Source: an uncultured Acidobacteriota bacterium (GTDB taxonomy: Bacteria; Acidobacteriota; Thermoanaerobaculia; UBA5066; DATFVB01). Taken from it: 64,000 bases of DNA. Location: the NCBI GenBank assembly GCA_963714035.1, contig OY970224.1, positions 2,471,753-2,535,752 on the forward strand, in the 5' to 3' direction. Both the position numbers and the translations under genes were made by a program. The notes under the pieces are model-generated. The model was not told where the DNA came from. It did no database searches and saw only the letters and a list, made by a program, of their open reading frames with translations. Below are positions 57,532-64,000 of this stretch, piece by piece (the stretch's first letter is position 1; the number at the start of each line of letters is the position of its first letter).

Positions 57532-57634
57532 CCGGCCATTCTCTCCCGGATGGGACGGACCTCAAAAGGCGGAACCTCCGGCGTTTTCCGTCGTATCCTT
57601 CGCGGGTTCAGCAACACGAAATAAAGGAGCCATC

Positions 57635-60600
57635 GTGAAGAAAGCTCTCGTTTGCATCTCCCTGCTGGCGCTCGCCGCGATTCCCGCGGCGGCCGCGAAA
57701 GCGAAGGCCGCCGAGAAGATCGACCCCGCGGCCGGCCCCACGCCTGCCGATACCTGGAGCGGTCTCGAGCTTCGTTCGATCGGCCCCGCGATCGCCTCCG
57801 GCCGGATCATGGATCTCGCCGTCGATCCCGCGAGCGGCGGCCGCCGGTACTTCGTCGGGGTGGCCTCCGGGGGGGTCTGGCGCACCGACAACGACGGAAC
57901 GACGTGGACGCCCGTGTTCGACCACGAAGGCTCCTACTCGATCGGCTGCGTGACCATCGATCCGAACAACCCGTTCGTCGTCTGGGTCGGCACGGGGGAA
58001 AGCAACAGCCAGCGCGCGGTCTACTACGGCGACGGCGTCTATCGCTCCGAGGACGGCGGCCATTCGTGGAAGAACATGGGGCTCAAGACCTCCGAGCACG
58101 TCGGACGCATCGTCGTCGATCCTCGCGACTCGAAAGTCGTCTACGTCGCCTCGCAGGGGCCGCTCTGGTCGGCCGGGGGAGAGCGCGGGCTGTACAAGAC
58201 CCTGGACGGCGGGAAGAGCTGGAAAGCGGTTCTCACGGTTTCGGAGAACACGGGCGTGACCGACGTCGTGATGGACCCGCGCAACCCCGACGTCCTCTAC
58301 GCGGCGTCGTACCAGAGGCGCCGGCACGTCTGGACGATGATCGACGGCGGCCCGGAATCGGCGATCTGGAAATCGACCGACGCCGGCGCGACGTGGGCGA
58401 AGCTCGCGGGCGGGCTGCCCAAGGAGGACATGGGACGGATCGGTCTCGCGATCGCCCCTTCCGAACCGGACGTCGTCTACGCGACGGTCGAGGCCGCCAA
58501 CGGCGCCGGCGGCATCTTCCGTTCGATGGACCGGGGCGCCACCTGGGAGAAACGCACCAAGTACTTCGCCGGCGCGGCGATGGCGTACGCGCGGATCTTC
58601 GTCGACCCGAAGAATCGCGACCGGGTCTACTCGATGGACGTCCTCATCCAGGTGTCCGAGGACGGGGCGAAGACGTTCCACGACCTCGGCGAAAAGAACA
58701 AGCACGTCGACAACCACGTCGTGTGGATCGACCCGTCCGACACGAACCACCTCATCGACGGATGCGACGGCGGGGTCTACGAGACCCGGGATCGCGCGGC
58801 GACGTGGCAGTTCAAGGCGAACCTTCCGGTGACGCAGTTCTACCGGGTGGGGCTCGACAACGGCGATCCCTACTTCGTGTACGGCGGCACGCAGGACAAC
58901 TTCAGCCTCGGCGGCCCCTCGCGCACCGGAAGCGAAGCGGGAGTCGTGAACTCGGACTGGTTCGTCACGTCGACCGGGGACGGCTTCTACTCGGTCGTCG
59001 ATCCCGAGGATCCGAACACGATCTACTCCGAGGCGCAGTACGGAGCGATCAACCGCATGGACCGCTCGACCGGCGAGCAGCTGTACATCCAGCCGCAGCC
59101 CGGGAAGGGCGAGCCGCCGCTCCGCTGGAACTGGGACTCGCCGATCATGGTTTCTCCCCACGCGCACACCCGCGTCTACTTCGCGGCGAACCGGCTCTTC
59201 CGGAGCGACGACCGGGGAGATCACTGGACGGCGGTCAGCCCGGATCTCACGCGGCAGATCGACCGCGACCGGCTGAAGGTCATGGGGAAAATCTGGCCGC
59301 CGGACGCCGTCTATCGCGGCGGGTCGACCTCCTTCTACGGGAACATCGTCGCCCTGACCGAGTCTCCCGTCCAGGAGGGATTGCTCTACGTCGGCACCGA
59401 CGACGGGCTCGTGCAGGTCACGGAGGACGGGGGAAAGAACTGGAGGAAGGTCGAGAAGTTCCCGGGCGTTCCCGACATGACCTACGTCAGCCGGCTGACG
59501 GCATCGTCCCATCACAAGGGAACGGTCTGGGCCGCGTTCGACAACCACAAGATGGGAGACTTCGCTCCCTATCTCCTCCGGAGCGACGACGAGGGGCGCA
59601 CGTGGCGGTCGATCGCGGGCGACCTTCCGAAACGCGGAACCGTCTACGCGCTCGTCGAGGACCCGGTCGACGAGAACCTGCTCTTCGCCGGAAACGAGTT
59701 CGGGCTCTTCTTCACGAAGGACGGCGGGAACCGCTGGATCGCGCTCAAAGGAGGACTGCCGACGATCGAAGTGCGTGATCTCGCGATCCAGAAGCGCGAG
59801 AACGATCTCGTGCTCGCGACGTTCGGCCGGGGGTTCTACGTGCTCGACGACTACTCGCCGCTTCGCCAGGCCAGCGCCGACATGCTCGGCCGGGAGGCCG
59901 CGCTCTTCCCGGTCAAGCCCGCGCGGGTCGTGATGCCGGCGACCCCGCTCGGCCTGCCCGGCAAGTCCTTCCAGGGCGACGCGTTCTTTTCGGCGCCGAA
60001 CCCTCCTTTCGGCGCGGTCTTCACCTACTACCTGAAGGACGAGCTGAAGACGAAGAAGAGCGAGCGGCACGAGCACGAGAAGAAGGCGGACAAGGAGGGC
60101 GGCGAGATGCCCTTCGCCTCGCTCGCCGATCTTCGCGCCGAGAACACCGAGGAGGAGCCGTCGCTTCTCTTCACGATCACGGACTCCGAAGGCAACGTCG
60201 TCCGCCGTCTGACCGCGAAGGGAGAGGCGGGCGTGCACCGGATCGCCTGGGACCTCCGGTACCCGACCGCGGAGCCGACGTCGCTCAAGCCGCGCGAAGA
60301 AAATGCGTTCTCCTCGGCGCCGACCGGGCCGATGGTCGTTCCGGGAAAGTACACGGTGACTCTCGCGAAGCGCGTCGAGGGAAAGATCGTTCCGCTCGGC
60401 GAGCCGCAGACCTTCGACGCCTCGGGCGTCGGGCCGATTCCCGCGAAAGACCGCGCCGCGCTCCTCGCCTTCGAGCAGAAGACGGCGCGCCTGCAGCGGG
60501 CGGTGCGCGGAGCGGCCGAAGTCGTCGGGGAAGCTCGCAACCGGCTGGAGCACATCAAGCAGTCGCTGCTCGACACGCCCGGGAAGGACACAGCGGCGCT

Positions 60601-60928
60601 CGGCGCCGAAGCGCGGGCGATCGAGGCGCGACTCCGCGAGATCGATCTCGCGCTCCGCGGCGACCGCGTCGCGGCCCGATACGAGATGCCGACCGCGCCT
60701 TCCATCATGGAGCGGGTCGAGGGGATCGTCGGGACGCAGTGGAGCGCGACGTCCGCGCCGACCGGGACGAGCGTCGAGGCGTACGCGATTGCGGCCGACG
60801 AGTTCGAGGTGCAGCTCGCCGCGCTCCGGACGCTCGTCGAGAAGGACCTGAAGGGGCTCGAGGAGAAGATGGAGGGAGCGGGGGCGCCGTATACGCCCGG
60901 ACGCATTCCCGTCTGGCACAAAGAGTAA
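57635..60928 (+). CDS. secreted VPS10/BNR-repeat glycosyl-hydrolase-like protein
   Basis: AAAGGAG SD, GTG, signal peptide; RSIGPA..SGRI; many S/T-x-D-G-G-x-x-W Asp-boxes. Confidence 0.88.
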   Translation: MKKALVCISLLALAAIPAAAAKAKAAEKIDPAAGPTPADTWSGLELRSIGPAIASGRIMDLAVDPASGGRRYFVGVASGGVWRTDNDGTTWTPVFDHEGSYSIGCVTIDPNNPFVVWVGTGESNSQRAVYYGDGVYRSEDGGHSWKNMGLKTSEHVGRIVVDPRDSKVVYVASQGPLWSAGGERGLYKTLDGGKSWKAVLTVSENTGVTDVVMDPRNPDVLYAASYQRRRHVWTMIDGGPESAIWKSTDAGATWAKLAGGLPKEDMGRIGLAIAPSEPDVVYATVEAANGAGGIFRSMDRGATWEKRTKYFAGAAMAYARIFVDPKNRDRVYSMDVLIQVSEDGAKTFHDLGEKNKHVDNHVVWIDPSDTNHLIDGCDGGVYETRDRAATWQFKANLPVTQFYRVGLDNGDPYFVYGGTQDNFSLGGPSRTGSEAGVVNSDWFVTSTGDGFYSVVDPEDPNTIYSEAQYGAINRMDRSTGEQLYIQPQPGKGEPPLRWNWDSPIMVSPHAHTRVYFAANRLFRSDDRGDHWTAVSPDLTRQIDRDRLKVMGKIWPPDAVYRGGSTSFYGNIVALTESPVQEGLLYVGTDDGLVQVTEDGGKNWRKVEKFPGVPDMTYVSRLTASSHHKGTVWAAFDNHKMGDFAPYLLRSDDEGRTWRSIAGDLPKRGTVYALVEDPVDENLLFAGNEFGLFFTKDGGNRWIALKGGLPTIEVRDLAIQKRENDLVLATFGRGFYVLDDYSPLRQASADMLGREAALFPVKPARVVMPATPLGLPGKSFQGDAFFSAPNPPFGAVFTYYLKDELKTKKSERHEHEKKADKEGGEMPFASLADLRAENTEEEPSLLFTITDSEGNVVRRLTAKGEAGVHRIAWDLRYPTAEPTSLKPREENAFSSAPTGPMVVPGKYTVTLAKRVEGKIVPLGEPQTFDASGVGPIPAKDRAALLAFEQKTARLQRAVRGAAEVVGEARNRLEHIKQSLLDTPGKDTAALGAEARAIEARLREIDLALRGDRVAARYEMPTAPSIMERVEGIVGTQWSATSAPTGTSVEAYAIAADEFEVQLAALRTLVEKDLKGLEEKMEGAGAPYTPGRIPVWHKE

Positions 60929-60935
60929 TAGGAAT

Positions 60936-61065
60936 GGCAGGCGCGGCGATGCATCGAGCCGGCCGGGCGCGTACGCCACGACCCGCGGCGCTCAACGTAC
61001 GCCCCGGAACGCCTCGGCCGCGGGCTCGGGCGTCCGCATCCCGGCGGGCTCGCGCCTCGCCGCGC
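60936..61065 (+). repeat. family-A repeat (A7)
   Basis: GGCAGGCGCGGCGATGCATCGAGCC...CTCAACGTACGCCCCGGAACGCCTC...GCATCCCGGCGGGCTCGCGCCTCGCCGCGC. Confidence 0.85.
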
Positions 61066-61278
61066 TTTCAGGTCGTCGATAACTGAAGTTGCTGGTGTCC
61101 CGGTGGCCGCCGGACCCGCCGGACCCGTCTTCCGGCCCGTCTCGCCGCACTTCTCTGTGTTTTCCGGGAAGCGAGGCTGAGGCGGCGCCCCCCTCTTCGC
61201 TCCGACTCGCAACTCGAAGACTCTCAAGTCGAAACCGGGGACGTGAGTCCCCGATACAATCGTTCCTTCGGAGGCTTC

Positions 61279-62679
61279 ATGGCCGCATCGGCGAAAGAAG
61301 GAAAGCCCGGCGTCCGGATCGAGTCGGACAGCATGGGAACGATCGAAGTACCCGCCGACCGCTACTGGGGCGCGCAGACGCAGCGGTCGCTCCTGCATTT
61401 CGCGATCGGCAACGACGTCATGCCCCGCGAGATCATCCGTGCGTTCGGAATCGTGAAGAAGGCGGCCGCCCTGGTCAACCTCGATCTGGGAAGGCTTCCT
61501 CGGGAGAAGGCGGATGCGATCGTCCGGGCGGCCGACGAGCTGATCGGGGGAGAGCTCGACGGTCATTTTCCTCTCCGGATCTGGCAGACGGGAAGCGGCA
61601 CGCAGACCAACATGAACGCCAACGAGGTGATCGGCAACCGGGCCGAAGAGATCTCCGGCATCGAAAAGATCCATCCGAACGATCACGTCAACATGTCGCA
61701 GTCCTCCAACGACACCTATCCGACGGCGATGCACATCGCCGCCGTCGAGAGGATCCATCGGTCGCTTCTCCCCGCCCTTCAAGAGCTGCGCGACGCGCTC
61801 GATGCGAAAGCGAGGGATTTTTCGGACATCGTGAAGATCGGGCGCACGCACCTCATGGATGCCGTGCCGCTGACACTGGGCCAGGAATTCTCCGGTTACG
61901 TCGCGCAGCTCGACGACGACCGCAAGCGGATCGAAAGCGTTCTGCCGTCGCTCTGCGAGCTCGCCCTCGGCGGCACGGCCGTCGGCACGGGACTCAACAC
62001 CCATCCGCGATTCGCCGAGCTTTCGGCGAAGAAGATCGCCGAGCTCACCGGCCTGCCGTTCGTGACGGCGCCCAACAAGTTCGCCGCGCTCGCCGCGCAC
62101 GATGCGCTGGTCATGGCGAGCGGGGCCCTTCGGACCCTGGCCGTCTCGCTCATGAAGATCGCCAACGACTTCCGGTGGCTCGGGTCGGGCCCGCGCGCGG
62201 GCCTGGCCGAGCTGATCCTTCCGGCCAACGAGCCGGGATCGTCGATCATGCCGGGCAAGGTCAACCCGACGCAGACGGAAGCGCTGACGATGGTCTGCGT
62301 CCAGGTGATGGGCAATGACACCGCGATCGCCATCGCCGGGTCACAGGGCAATTTCGAGCTCAACGTGTTCAAGCCGCTCATCATTCACAATTTCCTGCAC
62401 TCGGTGCGCCTGCTCTCGGATTCCAGCAGAATGTTCACCGAACACTGCGTCGTGGGAATCGAGCCCAACCGCGCGCAGATCGACCGGTTCGTCCGGAACT
62501 CGCTCATGCTCGTGACGGCGCTCAACCCGAAGATCGGCTACGACAAGGCCGCGAAAGTCGCCAAGAGGGCTTACGAGGAGAACATCTCCCTTCGCGAGGC
62601 GTGCGTGTCGCTGGGATTCCTGACCGGCGAGGAGTTCGACGCGATTGTGAGGCCCGACCAGATGGTCGGACCTCACTAG
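61279..62679 (+). CDS. fumC: class II fumarate hydratase
   Basis: [46 protein letters not shown]. Confidence 0.98.
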   Translation: MAASAKEGKPGVRIESDSMGTIEVPADRYWGAQTQRSLLHFAIGNDVMPREIIRAFGIVKKAAALVNLDLGRLPREKADAIVRAADELIGGELDGHFPLRIWQTGSGTQTNMNANEVIGNRAEEISGIEKIHPNDHVNMSQSSNDTYPTAMHIAAVERIHRSLLPALQELRDALDAKARDFSDIVKIGRTHLMDAVPLTLGQEFSGYVAQLDDDRKRIESVLPSLCELALGGTAVGTGLNTHPRFAELSAKKIAELTGLPFVTAPNKFAALAAHDALVMASGALRTLAVSLMKIANDFRWLGSGPRAGLAELILPANEPGSSIMPGKVNPTQTEALTMVCVQVMGNDTAIAIAGSQGNFELNVFKPLIIHNFLHSVRLLSDSSRMFTEHCVVGIEPNRAQIDRFVRNSLMLVTALNPKIGYDKAAKVAKRAYEENISLREACVSLGFLTGEEFDAIVRPDQMVGPH

Positions 62680-63085
62680 GCTGGCTCGCGATACGGGTCG
62701 TTATACGGGCTCGGGCAGCCTGCCGCCGACCAAGTGCCCCGGAACGGGAATAACGGTAGCGGCGCGCCTGCGGCTTGCGAAGGAGCTCAATGTCGGGCGT
62801 CGGGAGCAGATGCCGTTGCGCATCGGGCCCGGGGCGCGACGCAGAGATCGTTCGCAATGCGCTGGCGCCCTTCGGGTTCGGGCGGAGCAGGGTCATCGGC
62901 GGTGTTGCCGCGGCTAGACGATCGCTACGGCATCGCCTTCGCCGCGTCGCCTTGCCGCTGACCCCGCGGCGCCCCGAACGCCGCTATCGCTATTCCCGTT
63001 CCCGGGCACCTAACGTACGTCTTCGGTACGCCTCGGCCGCCGGCAGGCTGCCCGAGCCCGTCTTCCAACCCGTCTCGCCGCGCCT
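62680..63085 (+). repeat. family-A repeat (A8) interrupted by a ~276-bp element with 31-bp terminal inverted repeats
   Basis: Outer arms CGGGCTCGGGCAGCCTGCCG / CGGCAGGCTGCCCGAGCCCG; core TAACGTACGTCTTCGGTACGCCTC; insert inverted repeats 62734-62764 and 62979-63009. Confidence 0.8.
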
Positions 63086-63153
63086 TCAGGTCATCTGAAC
63101 CGAGTTGCTCCAGGCTCAACGGGCGGCGTGGCGCGGCAGCTTCGGCGGAGCCC

Positions 63154-63181
63154 CGTCATTGCGAGCGAAGCGAAGCAATCT
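63154..63181. repeat. family-B half element
   Basis: CGTCATTGCGAGCGAAGCGAAGCAATCT. Confidence 0.7.
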
Positions 63182-63208
63182 TCAAAGGAATTTCCGGCGG
63201 ACCGCACA

Positions 63209-63224
63209 CGGCATCCGCCTTGCA
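63209..63224 (+). promoter_or_regulatory. candidate sigma54 promoter
   Basis: CGGCAT-CCGCC-TTGCA (GG-N10-GC). Confidence 0.6.
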
Positions 63225-63251
63225 CTGCGTCCTCTGCGGAGGATGACAGCG

Positions 63252-63437
63252 ATGCAAGCGCAAGCGATTCTGGAAGAAATTCACCCGCCGGCTCCGGCGG
63301 TCAGCTCGATGGGACTCTTCATGCCCTGCCCGCGCTGCGGACGAGAGGCGTTGATGTTCGTCGAGCACGACTTCACGGTCTACGAGCATCGCCCGAGCGT
63401 GGGCGACGAGACCCGCGAGGTCTGCATCCTGCCTTAG
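63252..63437 (+). CDS. small CxxC..H..C putative zinc-binding protein (paralog 1)
   Basis: GGAGGA SD; CPRCG...YEHR...DETREVCILP. Confidence 0.7.
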   Translation: MQAQAILEEIHPPAPAVSSMGLFMPCPRCGREALMFVEHDFTVYEHRPSVGDETREVCILP

Positions 63438-63449
63438 GAGGGAGCGCGC

Positions 63450-63662
63450 ATGGACCTGGAAACGGCTTTCGAGGATTACACCGACATGGCCGAGGGCTCC
63501 CGCACCTCCGACGGATCGGTCGTGGCGCGGTGTCCCCGGTGCCAGCGAACGGGGAGATTCATCGAGCGGCCGGGCGGAGTCGCGACGTACGACCACCGGC
63601 AGATCGGACCGGACGAGACCCGCGAGACCTGCGTGATTCCCGGACCGCAGATCCGGATCTAG
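63450..63662 (+). CDS. small CxxC..H..C putative zinc-binding protein (paralog 2)
   Basis: GGAGGGAG SD; CPRCQ...YDHR...DETRETCVIP. Confidence 0.72.
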   Translation: MDLETAFEDYTDMAEGSRTSDGSVVARCPRCQRTGRFIERPGGVATYDHRQIGPDETRETCVIPGPQIRI

Positions 63663-63674
63663 ATCCGGCCGCGC

Positions 63675-63998
63675 CTACTTCTCTTCGGAGGGCGAGGCTT
63701 CGGCCGAGGCGGGCGCGAGGAAGGCCTCGACTTCGCCGTGGATTCCGAAACCGCCGTCGTCGATCGCCCCGATCCCGCCATCGTACGAATAGGCGCCCGA
63801 CCGGAAGTCGGCCTTTCCGAGCCGATGCACGAACTCCTGCATCGAGATCACCGACGGCGACATGTTCGTGACGGCGAACAACAGGAACCCGTCTCCGTCG
63901 GGCGCCGGCGGCGCGAAATCGGGGAACTTCTTCCGGAGGGCATCGACGTCGCAGAGGTCGGAAGGGATCGCGGACTTCCAGGCCGCGTCGTCCCAGCT
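63675..63998 (-). CDS. hypothetical protein, 3' end (start outside window)
   Basis: Frame open to the window edge (SWDDAAWKSAIPSD...) with high-GC3 codon usage. Confidence 0.6.
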   Translation of the reverse strand, partial: SWDDAAWKSAIPSDLCDVDALRKKFPDFAPPAPDGDGFLLFAVTNMSPSVISMQEFVHRLGKADFRSGAYSYDGGIGAIDDGGFGIHGEVEAFLAPASAEASPSEEK

Positions 63999-64000
63999 CT

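Overview
High-GC bacterial chromosome segment spanning the replication origin. Gene order, the split atp operon and the repeat content suggest Acidobacteriota, possibly Thermoanaerobaculia-like; this is inference, no search was run. Core block: gyrA-gyrB-recF-dnaN-[oriC]-dnaA, divergent from rpmH-rnpA-yidD-yidC-jag-mnmE-mnmG-rsmG-[parS]-parA-parB-bactofilin-atpF'FHAGDC. Left flank: topA (partial), dprA, a lipoprotein/lipoprotein/peptidase-propeller-Omp85 operon, an MBL phosphodiesterase, a MocR regulator-pdxST-acetyltransferase operon and a degenerate transaldolase. Right flank: a type II TA pair, selB, yqeY, CYTH, a nucleotidyltransferase, comEA plus pseudopilin, ubiX/ubiA, a deoxynucleoside kinase, pan motif-panBCD-thiG, a zinc-ribbon protein, transsulfuration genes, cutA, trpS, a TetR locus, msrA, a VPS10 protein, fumC and two paralogous micro zinc-finger genes. 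No rRNA, tRNA, CRISPR or transposase was seen. Main unexplained signals: (i) three sequence-unrelated 24-bp tandem arrays sharing a 6-7-bp stem/5-nt loop design, two inside TopA and AtpF and one starting at the yqeY stop next to selB with an in-frame UGA every 8 codons; (ii) at least four families of dispersed palindromic elements, one with covarying stems, inverted doublets and nesting; (iii) small unannotated genes and non-canonical or leaderless starts. All calls are from motif recognition by eye.
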